Assembly: GCA_029266415.1 (NCBI GenBank)
Contig: JAQSWW010000007.1
Coordinates: 1,035 to 65,034, forward strand
DNA: 64,000 nucleotides
Direction of reading: 5' to 3'
From: Actinomycetospora sp.
GTDB taxonomy: Bacteria; Actinomycetota; Actinomycetes; Mycobacteriales; Pseudonocardiaceae
The notes beneath the pieces are model-generated. The model saw only the letters and a list, made by a program, of their open reading frames with translations, had not been told where the DNA came from and did no database searches. This document shows positions 36,778 to 46,268 of the stretch, one piece after another. The translations under genes and the position numbers were made by a program. Numbering within the stretch: position 1 is the first letter of the stretch; each line of letters starts with the position of its first letter.

Positions 36778-37814
36778 AGCCAGCCGCGCTTGCTGAACAC
36801 GATGTAGAGCGTCAGCGACGCGAGCACCATGAGGCCGAGCGCGAACGGATAGCCGAACGTCCACTGCGTCTCGGGGATGTACTCGAAGTTCATGCCGTAG
36901 ATCGCGCCGATGAGCGACGGGGCGAACAGGATCGCCGCCCAGGAGGAGATGCGCTTGACCTCCTCGCCCTGCGCGAGGCTGGTCTCCGTGAGCTTGCGCA
37001 TCTCCTCGTTCTGGCGCTGCCCGACGAGTGCGGCGTTGACCTGCAGGATGTTGCCGAGCAGCTGGCGGAAGTTCTCCGCCGACTCCGAGGTCTGTGCCTG
37101 GTGGTCCGCGACGTCGCGCATCCCGCGGTGCAGCATCACCCGCGACTCGTCGTCGACCGTCTCGGCGAGGAGGGCGGTGAGCACGTCGTGCAGCGGTTCC
37201 ACCGAGCGCTGCAGCTCGATGACCTCCCGCGAGAGCTGGTAGATGCGCCGCGAGACGCTCGGGTCGCCGCCGAAGACCTGGGTCTCGATCTGGTCGATGT
37301 CGTCGCGCAGGCCGCGGATCACGGGCTGGTAGTCGTCGACGACGCGGTCGAGCACCGCGTAGAGCACGGCGCGCGGGCCGAGGGCGAGGAGCTCCGGATC
37401 CTGCTCGAGGCGCCGGCGCACCGAGGAGAGCTCCGGAGTCTCGGCGTGCCGCACGGTGACGACGAAGTCGTGCCCGAGGAACAGGTGGATCTCGCCGACC
37501 TGCACGTCCTCGTCCTCGTCGACGTACCAGGCCGGGCGCAGCACGACGAACTCGACGTCGTCGTAGCGCTCGAGCTTGGGGCGCTGGTGGGCGTGGACGG
37601 CGTCCTCCACCGCCAGCGCGGGCAGCGAGAGCTCGCGGGCCAGGAGGTCGAGCTCGGCCTTGTCGGGGCGCAGCAGCCCGATCCAGGCGAACCCGCCGGG
37701 GCCGTCCCCGTCGCGGCCGTCCCGGTCGCGCAGCAGCTCCAGCGTGCGGTCCAGCGAGTCGGGCTCGCTGTCGCGCGTCCCGCCCACGTACACGGCGTTG
37801 TCGACGACGGTCAT
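36774..37814 (-). CDS. corA: Magnesium/cobalt transporter CorA
   Basis: HQRPKLERY, YGMNF signature, GYPFAL. Confidence 0.9.
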   Translation of the reverse strand: MTVVDNAVYVGGTRDSEPDSLDRTLELLRDRDGRDGDGPGGFAWIGLLRPDKAELDLLARELSLPALAVEDAVHAHQRPKLERYDDVEFVVLRPAWYVDEDEDVQVGEIHLFLGHDFVVTVRHAETPELSSVRRRLEQDPELLALGPRAVLYAVLDRVVDDYQPVIRGLRDDIDQIETQVFGGDPSVSRRIYQLSREVIELQRSVEPLHDVLTALLAETVDDESRVMLHRGMRDVADHQAQTSESAENFRQLLGNILQVNAALVGQRQNEEMRKLTETSLAQGEEVKRISSWAAILFAPSLIGAIYGMNFEYIPETQWTFGYPFALGLMVLASLTLYIVFSKRGWL

Positions 37815-37904
37815 CCGGGCATTCTCACTCACCGCCGAATTCGCGCCGACGGTCGACACGTCGCGCGACGCAGGAGAGCGACGTGTCGCATCGTCCTGGC
37901 GCGA

Positions 37905-38660
37905 CTACTGCGCGAGCGCCACGCCTGCCGCAACGAGACCGACCGCGTTCGTGCCCAGGTGCAGGCCGATCGGGGCGAGCACCGAGCCGGTGCGGTGGCG
38001 CAGCCAGCCCAGCGCGAGACCGCCCGCCACGGTGACGCCGAGGACGGCGACCGCCGAGGTCCAGTGCAGGGTCGGCGGCAGGGGCACCGCCGACGGGCCG
38101 AAGGCCACCGTCAGGTGCCAGAGCCCGAACGCGACGGCGCTGACGCCCAGGGCCGCCCGCACCGGCAGCGCGCGCACCGAACGGCCGTGCAGGACGCCCC
38201 GGAAGGCGAGCTCCTCGGCCAGCACGGTGCCCAGCGGGATGAGCACGAGGCCGCGCAGCAGCAGCGCACCCGGCGAGGCACCGGCGAGCTGGGGGTTCTC
38301 GAGCAGGTCGGGCGCGACGAGCAGGACCCCGCCGTAGCCGAGCACCGCGACGCCGATCGCCGCGCCGCCCCACCGCAGGCCCGCCGCCCAGGTGCCGCGC
38401 CCGACGCCGAGGTCGGCCCAGGTGACGCCGAGCAGGCGCGCGACGGTGATCATCGCGGCGACGCCGCCGAGGTTGAACAGCGCCTTGAGCACGGCGTCGG
38501 CGGGCAGGGCCGGGAGCACGACGTTGCTCCAGAGCAGGAGCACCACCGCGACGACCGCCGCGGGGGCGAGGCGCCGCCAGTGGCCGAGCTCCTCCGGGGT
38601 GTCGTCACCTTCGGCGGCGTCGGGTGGCGCGGGCGTGGCCGTGTGCTCGGAAGCGGTCAC
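37905..38660 (-). CDS. CPBP (Abi/CAAX) intramembrane glutamic endopeptidase
   Basis: EELAFRG, FGLWH, GSVLAPIGLHLGTN. Confidence 0.85.
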   Translation of the reverse strand: MTASEHTATPAPPDAAEGDDTPEELGHWRRLAPAAVVAVVLLLWSNVVLPALPADAVLKALFNLGGVAAMITVARLLGVTWADLGVGRGTWAAGLRWGGAAIGVAVLGYGGVLLVAPDLLENPQLAGASPGALLLRGLVLIPLGTVLAEELAFRGVLHGRSVRALPVRAALGVSAVAFGLWHLTVAFGPSAVPLPPTLHWTSAVAVLGVTVAGGLALGWLRHRTGSVLAPIGLHLGTNAVGLVAAGVALAQ

Positions 38661-40507
38661 GCCCCCAGCATGCCTGCAACACGCTCCGTGTCCGCACCGG
38701 TCCACCCCGGAGGTGTACCCAGTGCCAACCATCCGTCGAGCACGGCCGTCCGGTACACGTGCCCGTGCCCGTCGGGCACCGACAGCGAGTTGGTCAGATC
38801 GATGGTGACCTGCCAGAACGTCACCACCGGGTACCAGTCCATGGTCGGCGACACGTCGGGGCCGGGCGGCTCGGCGAGCCACTCGGGCCGGTGCCACAGC
38901 AGCGACGGGGACCACCAGACGACCGGGTCCGACGCGTGCTGCAGGTAGACGACACGTGGCGCATCCCACACGCCGGGAGGCCGCGCGAGGTCCGCCGCGG
39001 TCGAGCCGAAGCGCACCTCGCGGCCCGCGTCGACCACCGGGAGGATGGCTGGTGACCCGGGGTCACGACGGGCCGTGAGTGCGGAATGCAACGGGTTGGA
39101 GTGCGGCGGACCGACCCACAGCACCCCGTCGGCCTGGCTGCGGGCGTCCTCGAGACTCGTGAACGCGGCCTCGGAGCCCTGCGAGCCCAGCGACTCGCCG
39201 AAGACGAGCAGCCGCGGGCGCCGGTCCGGGGGCATCCCCTCGACCCGGGCGTGCACCGCGTCGAACAGCGCGCGGCCCTCCGCCTCGGCGCGCGTGCGGT
39301 CGACCACGAACGACAGCCAGCTGGGCAGGTAGGAGTACTGGGTGGCGACGATCGCGGTATCGCCGCCCCACACCATCTCCAGGGAGTCGGCCGAGGGCAT
39401 GTCGATCCACCCGGTGCCGGTGGTGGTGACGACGGCGAGGACGGCGCGGTCGAAGGCGCCCGTGCGCTCGAGCTCCGCGACGGCCAGGGCCGCGCGCTCC
39501 GTCGGACCGGGCGCAGCGAGCAGGCCCACGTACGCGCGGATCGGCACCATCGGCGGGCGTCCCGACGCCGCCTCGATCGTGCCGAGCGGGCGCCCGCCGG
39601 TGACGAACACCTGGCCCTCGCGCCCGATCGTCTCCCAGCGCACGAGCGAGGCGGGCGAGCCGGAGCGCAACGGCGAGGTCGGCGCGACGACGCCGGGGTA
39701 GGGCTGGTCGTTGGCGGCGCCGAACACCGAGTCGGCGACGCGCAGGCCACCACGGACCACGACGGTGTCGATCACGGCGACGACGAGGAGCAGCGCGAGC
39801 ACCGTCCCGGCGACGGCGGCGATCCGGCGCGGCACGTGGACGCGGCGGCGCAGCAGATCCGCGACCCGGCCCGCGAGCCAGCGCACGCCGCGACCGAAAC
39901 CGATGAGCACCCCGGCCACGACCAGGGCCACCGGCCCGGCGCGCAGCCAGCCGTCGGTCGTGGGTTGGGCGATGCCCATGAGACCCGCGACCTGGCGCTG
40001 CCACTCCGCGCCGGCGATCAGGATCCCGAGCAGCGCCGCCGCGGCCGTGAGGACGAGCACGAGCCACGCGCCGGGCGTGAGCCACACCGGCTGGGCGCGA
40101 CGGACGCGGTCGGTGAGGTCGGTCCAGCGGGCGGTGCGTCCGAGCAGCCAGGCGATCGCGACGCCCAGGGCGTAGCCCAGGGCGCCCGAGATGCCGGTGG
40201 CCAGGCCCTGGAAGAGGTAGTCGCGGGGGATGAGCGAGGGGGTCAGCGAGATGAGGCCGAACGCGGTGCCGAGCACGACGCCCGCGGGGTGGGCGAAGGG
40301 CACGTAGCGCACCCAGGGGGCCAGCCGGGGCGGCAGCAGCGGGGAGTCGCCGCCGAAGTGGTGGCGCTGGCCGTCGCGGTGCCAGAGGTGGTGGTGGTCG
40401 AGCTCCTCCTCGAACTCGGCCTGGAACTCGGTGTCCAGCTCCCCGCGCGGCGCGACGGGCACCGGGGTCGCCCCCCGGGACGCCTGCTGCCCCTCCCCGT
40501 CCGCCAC
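38657..40507 (-). CDS. Membrane alpha/beta-hydrolase family protein (Abhydrolase_9-like)
   Basis: SLTPSLIPR, TTTGTGWI, QYSYLPSW, GESLG nucleophile, QHASDPVVWW, GHGHVY. Confidence 0.83.
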   Translation of the reverse strand: MADGEGQQASRGATPVPVAPRGELDTEFQAEFEEELDHHHLWHRDGQRHHFGGDSPLLPPRLAPWVRYVPFAHPAGVVLGTAFGLISLTPSLIPRDYLFQGLATGISGALGYALGVAIAWLLGRTARWTDLTDRVRRAQPVWLTPGAWLVLVLTAAAALLGILIAGAEWQRQVAGLMGIAQPTTDGWLRAGPVALVVAGVLIGFGRGVRWLAGRVADLLRRRVHVPRRIAAVAGTVLALLLVVAVIDTVVVRGGLRVADSVFGAANDQPYPGVVAPTSPLRSGSPASLVRWETIGREGQVFVTGGRPLGTIEAASGRPPMVPIRAYVGLLAAPGPTERAALAVAELERTGAFDRAVLAVVTTTGTGWIDMPSADSLEMVWGGDTAIVATQYSYLPSWLSFVVDRTRAEAEGRALFDAVHARVEGMPPDRRPRLLVFGESLGSQGSEAAFTSLEDARSQADGVLWVGPPHSNPLHSALTARRDPGSPAILPVVDAGREVRFGSTAADLARPPGVWDAPRVVYLQHASDPVVWWSPSLLWHRPEWLAEPPGPDVSPTMDWYPVVTFWQVTIDLTNSLSVPDGHGHVYRTAVLDGWLALGTPPGWTGADTERVAGMLGA

Positions 40508-40598
40508 GGCCTCCACCTTCCCTCGCCGCGCAAGGGCGTAGACGGTGGGTGACCGATCCCCTGTGAGCGATCTCTGGGCCCATAGCCCCGAAGATCGG

Positions 40599-41798
40599 TC
40601 ACGTGAGGGACTCGAGCCACCGCCCGGCGGCGAGCAGGGCGTCCTCGCGGCCGGGGTGACCGAGCAGCTGCAGGCCCAGGGGCAGCCCGTCCGCGTCGCG
40701 GGCGCCCGGCACCGCGAGCGCGGGCAGACCCAGGACATGGAACGGGCGGCTCATGACCGGGTCGCCCGTGCTCTCCAGGCCCCGCGGGGCGACGCCGAGG
40801 GCGCCCGGAGCGAGCACCGCGTCGGCGTGCTCCAGGGCGGCGAGCACGGCGGTCCGGGTCGCGCCCGAGCGCTCGCGGGCCGCATCGACGTCCCGCGCGG
40901 GGATCGCGTGGCCCTCGGCGAGCAGCGCGGCCAGGTTCGCGCCGAGCCCGGGCAGGTCCGGCACCGTCGCCGCGGCCTCGGCGGCCATGATCGTGCGCTG
41001 GTCCGCGGTCGCGGCCCGCAGGTCGACCTCCAGCGACGCGACCTCGGCGCCGGCGTCCCGGGCGCGGGCCACCGCGTCGGCGTGGGCGGCCCGCATCGCC
41101 GGCGACACCTCGCCGACCGCGGAGCCGTCCCACGCCAGCAGGCGCGGCGCCGTCGACGAGGCCGGGACGGCCTCGCGGCCGTCCAGCGCGGCGCGGGCGA
41201 GCGCCACGTCGGCGACGGTGGCCGCGAACAGCCCGAGGGTGTCGAGCCCGGGCGCGAGCGGAGACACCCCGTCGACCGGCAGGGTGCCCCGGGCCACCGC
41301 GAGCCCCGCGACGCCGCAGTACGACGCGGGGCGCACCACCGAGCCGGCGGTCTGCGTCCCCACCGCCAACGGCACCGCGCCTGCCGCGACGGCCGCCGCC
41401 GACCCGCTGGACGAGCCGCCCGGGGTCCGCGCGAGGTCGTGCGGGTTGCGGGTGGGACCGGGGTCGAAGTAGGCGAACTCGGTGGTCACGGTCTTGCCGA
41501 GCACGACCGCGCCCGCCCCGCGCAGCATCCGCACGATCGCGGCGTCCCGGTCCGCGGGCGCGGCACCGGCACGCGCCCGCGACCCGCACAGGGTGGGGAC
41601 ACCCGCGACGTCGACGATGTCCTTGACGCCCACCGGCACCCCGGCCAGCGGGCCGCCCCCGATCGGCGGCGTGTCGTCGGGCAGGACCGTGACCCAGGCC
41701 CGGACCTCCCCGTCGACCTCGGCGATCCGGCGCCGCGCGTCGGCGCCCGCCGTGGGACGCCGGGCATCGGCGAGACGCCACGGAGCGACGAGAGCCAT
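40599..41798 (-). CDS. Amidase (amidase-signature family)
   Basis: GVKDIVD, GKTVTTEFA, TPGGSSSGSAAAVAAG, GTQTAGSVVRPASYCG. Confidence 0.9.
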   Translation of the reverse strand: MALVAPWRLADARRPTAGADARRRIAEVDGEVRAWVTVLPDDTPPIGGGPLAGVPVGVKDIVDVAGVPTLCGSRARAGAAPADRDAAIVRMLRGAGAVVLGKTVTTEFAYFDPGPTRNPHDLARTPGGSSSGSAAAVAAGAVPLAVGTQTAGSVVRPASYCGVAGLAVARGTLPVDGVSPLAPGLDTLGLFAATVADVALARAALDGREAVPASSTAPRLLAWDGSAVGEVSPAMRAAHADAVARARDAGAEVASLEVDLRAATADQRTIMAAEAAATVPDLPGLGANLAALLAEGHAIPARDVDAARERSGATRTAVLAALEHADAVLAPGALGVAPRGLESTGDPVMSRPFHVLGLPALAVPGARDADGLPLGLQLLGHPGREDALLAAGRWLESLT

Positions 41799-41807
41799 CA
41801 GGTGTGT

Positions 41808-42353
41808 CTACCCCGTCGGCGTGTCCGGCAGGTCGATGATCTTGGTCTCGCCCGGAGCGGGCGGGATGTCGACGGGGTTGGTCGGCTCGGCCGGCTCCGC
41901 CGTCGCGGCGGCCCGGCGCACCTCGGCGTCGCTGTCGGTGCTCGACGACGGGTCCGGGGTGGTCTCGCCCGAGGTCTCCTCGGCACCGCTGTCCGCGGCG
42001 TCGGCACCGTCCGTGGCGCACGGCTCGCCGGACGACCCGGACAGGCCCAGGTCGCCGAGCAGCCCGTCGACGAACGCGCCGTCGCCGGGACCGCAGTCCG
42101 TGCTCGCCTCGACGTACCCGTCCTCGCCGGCGTGCCCGTTCCCGTGGCCGTTCCCGTGGCCGTTCCCGTGCCCGTTCCCGTGGCCGTTCCCGTGCCCGTT
42201 CCCGTGGCCGTTGCCGTTGCCGGGCGCGGCGTCGGCGAGACCGGCGCCCGTCCCCGCCAGCGCGAACGCGAGAGACGTGGCCAGCGCACCGCGTCCGACG
42301 ACGCGGGCCGCGACGTCGAGCGAGCGATCGTCCTGGAGCCGGTGGGCGCCCAT
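41808..42353 (-). CDS. Putative secreted acidic protein with (GNGH)7 repeat
   Basis: Signal-like ALATSLAFALAGTGAGLADA; RBS AAGGGAGG. Confidence 0.6.
   Translation of the reverse strand: MGAHRLQDDRSLDVAARVVGRGALATSLAFALAGTGAGLADAAPGNGNGHGNGHGNGHGNGHGNGHGNGHGNGHAGEDGYVEASTDCGPGDGAFVDGLLGDLGLSGSSGEPCATDGADAADSGAEETSGETTPDPSSSTDSDAEVRRAAATAEPAEPTNPVDIPPAPGETKIIDLPDTPTG
42132..42215. repeat. 12-bp tandem repeat x7 encoding GNGH
   Basis: gtg[g/c]ccgttccc units. Confidence 0.85.
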
Positions 42354-42549
42354 GCGAGTTCCTCCCTTGGCGTGACGAGTGCCCCCCGTTCGGGGGAACG
42401 ATGTCTCGGTCACGCACCGCGTCGGTCTCGTTGCGGTCACGACTGTAGGTCCAGGTGCCCCGTCGAGCGGACACCCAACCCACCCGGCGGGGCACGGCGG
42501 CCCGTTCCCGGCGGGGACGCCACGGTCCTACTCTGCGCGGATGGCCGCG

Positions 42550-43167
42550 ATGGCGACGTACGTCGAGGTGCACCCGCGCAATCCCCAGCGGCGCGCCGTG
42601 CTCGCCGCCGTCGAGCTCCTGCGGTCGGGCGGGCTCATCGCCTACCCGACCGACTCCTGCTTCGCCCTCGGGTGTGCGCTGGGCAACCGCGAGGGACTCG
42701 AACGCATCCGCACGATCCGGCACCTCGACACGCGGCACCACTTCACGCTGGTGTGCAAGGACTTCGCCCAGCTCGGGCAGTTCGTGCGCGTCTCCACGCC
42801 GGTGTTCCGCTCGGTGAAGGCGGCGACGCCCGGCTGCTACACGTTCATCCTGCCGGCGACCAAGGAGGTCCCCCGCCGCCTCCTGCACCCGCGCAAGAAG
42901 ACGGTCGGCGTGCGGATCCCGGAACACCCGGTCGCGGAGGCGCTTCTCGCCGAGCTCGACGAGCCGCTGCTGTCCTCGACGCTGCTGCTGCCCGACACCG
43001 ACGAGCCCCTGACGAGTGGCCGCGAGATCCACGAGCGGCTCGGCAACCAGCTCGACATGGTGCTCGACTCCGGCGAGTGCGGCACCGAACCGACGACCGT
43101 GGTCGACCTCTCGGGCAACGAGCCCGAGCTGGTGCGCCAGGGCGCCGGGCACGGCTTCCGCTGGTGA
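42550..43167 (+). CDS. Sua5/YciO/YrdC family protein (YciO-like)
   Basis: VHPRNPQRR, AYPTDSC, TPGCYTFIL, KKTVGVRIP, PTTVVDL. Confidence 0.88.
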   Translation: MATYVEVHPRNPQRRAVLAAVELLRSGGLIAYPTDSCFALGCALGNREGLERIRTIRHLDTRHHFTLVCKDFAQLGQFVRVSTPVFRSVKAATPGCYTFILPATKEVPRRLLHPRKKTVGVRIPEHPVAEALLAELDEPLLSSTLLLPDTDEPLTSGREIHERLGNQLDMVLDSGECGTEPTTVVDLSGNEPELVRQGAGHGFRW

Positions 43168-43174
43168 GCGGGCG

Positions 43175-43507
43175 TCAGCCCTCGGAGGCGACGCTCCGGG
43201 GCAGGCGATCGACGGCGGCCCGCAGCGCGAGGTAGGCGTCCTCGAGCTCGGCCGCGGCGAGGTGCGCGCAGGCCGTACGGACCGCGGCGGCGGCCTCGTC
43301 GGTGGGCCGGCGCTGCCCCGGCACCGTCGCCGCGCCCCCGTGGGCGGTCAGCGCCGACCGCAGCATGTGGTCGACCCGTCCGTCGCGCACCGCAGGCGCC
43401 GGGGCGCTGAGGTCGGCCAGGTATCCCAGGGCCGCCCGGACGGCGGCCCCGAGGTCCGGTGGGCCGCCGGCGGTGCGAGCGGCCCCGTCGCCCCCCGCGG
43501 CGGTCAC
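43175..43507 (-). CDS. Hypothetical protein coupled to the STAS gene
   Basis: GTG overlaps the STAS stop (GTGA); helical C-terminus ELEDAYLALRAA. Confidence 0.5.
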   Translation of the reverse strand: MTAAGGDGAARTAGGPPDLGAAVRAALGYLADLSAPAPAVRDGRVDHMLRSALTAHGGAATVPGQRRPTDEAAAAVRTACAHLAAAELEDAYLALRAAVDRLPRSVASEG

Positions 43508-43944
43508 CGCTCGGCCGCGGGCAGGGCGCTCGCGCGCCCGACGGCGGGATGGGTCGCGGTCAGCGTGATGCGCCGGTCCAGCGCGGTGAGCCGCATCGGA
43601 CGGCGCACCGTCCGGCAGCTCGCGACGACCACGAGCCGCACGCCGCGGTCGACGGCCTCCTCGTGCGCGGCGGCGAGGGTGTCGAGCCCGGTCGCCCCGA
43701 AGAACGTGACGCCGTCGAGGTCGCACACGACGGAGGGCGGCTCGTCGGCGGGCGCTGCGGTGTCGCGGTCGTCGGCGACCGTGGCGAACGCGGCGCGGAG
43801 GACCGTGGCCAGGCGTCCGGCCGTCAGCATGTCGACCTCGCCGAAGGCGCGGACCAGGAGAAGGCCGGGGCGGGGGCGGGTCGGCGCGATCACCAGGTCG
43901 ACGGCGAGCGGGCCGTCGTCGGACGGGCAGGTCGATGAGGTCAC
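43504..43944 (-). CDS. STAS-domain anti-sigma-factor antagonist
   Basis: GEVDMLTA, VCDLDGVTFFGATGL, VRRPMRLT. Confidence 0.8.
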   Translation of the reverse strand: MTSSTCPSDDGPLAVDLVIAPTRPRPGLLLVRAFGEVDMLTAGRLATVLRAAFATVADDRDTAAPADEPPSVVCDLDGVTFFGATGLDTLAAAHEEAVDRGVRLVVVASCRTVRRPMRLTALDRRITLTATHPAVGRASALPAAER

Positions 43945-44063
43945 GAAGCGCCACCTCTTCCTCGAGAGACAGGGCGAAACCGCCGGCCTCGAGGACGTGA
44001 AGCTGCGGGTGGCGCACATCACTGTGCCCGCGACGATCGGTCGTGTCCACCCGGATTCCGGGT

Positions 44064-44792
44064 TCAGCTCGTGAGCACGCCCCGCACCACCGTCGCCAGC
44101 GCCCCCACCAGCGCGAGCACGGTGACCGCGCGGCGGGCGGCCCGGGGGTCGAGCCGGCGGTGCAGGAGGTCGCCCAGCACGACCCCGACCGCCAGCCCGA
44201 CGAGGCCGGTGCCCCACACGACGGGCGACAGGCGGGGCGCGCCCTTGCTGAGCAGCGCCACGAGGTTGATGACGAGCAGGACGACCTGGGCGGTCGGTAC
44301 GAAGACGTCGATGCTCCACCGCCGGGTCAGCGCGTAGGCCGAGAGCACCGGGCCACCGACCCCGGCGGTGACGTTGACGAACCCGGCGAGGGCACCGGCG
44401 CCGAGCCCCGCCCCCGTGCCGGAGAGCCGGCCCGCAAGACCGGGCACCAGCGAGAGCACGACCGCGGCGGCGGCGAGCAGCCCGACCACCACGAGCAGCG
44501 GGCCCTCGGGCAGGGCGCCGACCACCAGCGCGCCGAGCGGGACCGCCACCACCGCGCCGGCGAGCAGGAGCGCGGCGGCGCGGAGGTCGACGCCGCGACG
44601 GGTGCGCACCAGGACCACCAGGCACAGCACGACCTGCAGGGCGTTGCCGAACGAGACGCCGTCGCGGGCGCCGAGCACCGCGACGAGGAAGGGCGCTCCC
44701 ACCAGGGCCAGACCCAGGCCGGTCGCGCGCTGGGTGACCGCCCCGAGCAGCACGGGCCCCGCGACGAGCGCCGCCGTCCCCGCCGCGCTCAC
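44064..44792 (-). CDS. TauE/SafE-family sulfite exporter
   Basis: QRATGLGLALV, AGVGGP, multiple TM segments. Confidence 0.78.
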   Translation of the reverse strand: MSAAGTAALVAGPVLLGAVTQRATGLGLALVGAPFLVAVLGARDGVSFGNALQVVLCLVVLVRTRRGVDLRAAALLLAGAVVAVPLGALVVGALPEGPLLVVVGLLAAAAVVLSLVPGLAGRLSGTGAGLGAGALAGFVNVTAGVGGPVLSAYALTRRWSIDVFVPTAQVVLLVINLVALLSKGAPRLSPVVWGTGLVGLAVGVVLGDLLHRRLDPRAARRAVTVLALVGALATVVRGVLTS

Positions 44793-44840
44793 GGGCGCGA
44801 GGGGGACGGCGGCGTCATGCGGTCATGATGACCGCAGGAG

Positions 44841-45278
44841 TCACTGCGGGATGATGTCGAAGTTCACGGTGTCGCCCTGCACGCCGGTGACGCGCACGAG
44901 CAGCGTCGTCGTCTGGCCCGCGTCGGTGCCGGTGCAGGTGATCTGGGCGCCGACCTCGCCCTCGAGCGACGACGGGCAGCTGACCTGCTCCGGCGCGACG
45001 CCGTACTGCTGCGCGATCTGCTCCTCGACCTGATCGGCGGACACGACGGGCGCGCCGAAGGCCATGACGAGGACGAAGATCGCGCCGATGACCGCGACGA
45101 AGACACCGGCGAGGATCCCGACGACCCTGCCCGCGCTGCTCTTGCGCACGGGTGGTTGCGGAGGGTAACCACCATACCCCTGAACGGGGGGTGGGCCGCC
45201 GTGGGGCATCCCGGTCGGGGCGGGTGGCATCGGCGGGTGGGGCATGCCGGCGGAGGGCGGCGGGGCGTACTGGGTCAT
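44841..45278 (-). CDS. DUF4333-like membrane protein with Pro-rich N-terminus
   Basis: One TM segment followed by VSCPSSLEGEVGAQITC. Confidence 0.7.
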   Translation of the reverse strand: MTQYAPPPSAGMPHPPMPPAPTGMPHGGPPPVQGYGGYPPQPPVRKSSAGRVVGILAGVFVAVIGAIFVLVMAFGAPVVSADQVEEQIAQQYGVAPEQVSCPSSLEGEVGAQITCTGTDAGQTTTLLVRVTGVQGDTVNFDIIPQ

Positions 45279-45536
45279 GACGGGCTCCCTGGTCAGACGC
45301 GTTCTCGGGGGCTGCGGGACGAGTGGTGCGGCTCGAGCGGGGGCTCGGCCAACACGAGGAGCATAGAACACGGAGAGCGACGATCAAGGGTTCTTACTCC
45401 TCCGCCAGAGCACTCTCAGGACTCCGCCGGGGCAGCGGCGGCCCACACCGCGCGCACAGGTTCCGTTCAGGGTCCGCGCCGAGGCTGGGTGGTGGACGCC
45501 GGGACGCCCGACGTCCGCCCGGAGCGAGGAGGCCCC

Positions 45537-46268
45537 GTGACCGTCGCCGCCGACACCACGACCGTTCCGGAGTGCCTCGCCCCCGTGGCCTGGGCCTCGT
45601 GCCAGGGCTCTCGCCGTCATCAGGCCGACGCCGCCGCCTCGCACCGCGGCGCCGGCGGGCGTCTCGCCGTGGCGGTCGCCGACGGTGTGGGCGACGCGCA
45701 GGCCGCCGGGTTCGCGGCGCGCCTCGTCGCCGACCACACGGTGCGCGTCGCCGCGCTCGAGGGCCGGCCCGACGCCGCCGTCCTCGCGGTGCACGACCTG
45801 CTGGAGAGCACCCGCGATCTCGTGCCCGGTGACGCGGCCGTGGTCGTGGCCCTCGCGCCCGGCGGCGGCGACCCGCGCTGGCGCCTCGCCTGGGTCGGCG
45901 ACTGCCGCGCCCTGGCGTGGGACGGCCGCACCCTGCGCACGCTCACCCGCGACCACACCGTCGCCGCGACGATGCGCGCCGCCGGCATGAGCGTGCACCC
46001 CCGCCTCGAGCACGTGCTCACGACGAGCGCCCGCACCGTCGGGCCGCGGGAGGTGGGCATCGCCGTCGCGTCCGACCCCGGTGTCCTGCTGCTGGTCAGC
46101 GACGGCGTGCACCGCAGCGTGCCCGGCCCGGACCTCGCCGCGGCCCTGGCGGCGGGCGGGAGCGCCCGTGTGCGCGCCGAGCGCGTGGTCGGGCTCGCCG
46201 AGGCCGCGGGGGCCACCGACAACGCGACCGCCCTGGTGGTGGTTCCGGGTCAGCTCGCCGGTCGGTAG
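45537..46268 (+). CDS. PP2C-family protein phosphatase
   Basis: VADGVG, WVGDCRA, TRDHT, VSDGV, DNAT. Confidence 0.82.
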   Translation: MTVAADTTTVPECLAPVAWASCQGSRRHQADAAASHRGAGGRLAVAVADGVGDAQAAGFAARLVADHTVRVAALEGRPDAAVLAVHDLLESTRDLVPGDAAVVVALAPGGGDPRWRLAWVGDCRALAWDGRTLRTLTRDHTVAATMRAAGMSVHPRLEHVLTTSARTVGPREVGIAVASDPGVLLLVSDGVHRSVPGPDLAAALAAGGSARVRAERVVGLAEAAGATDNATALVVVPGQLAGR

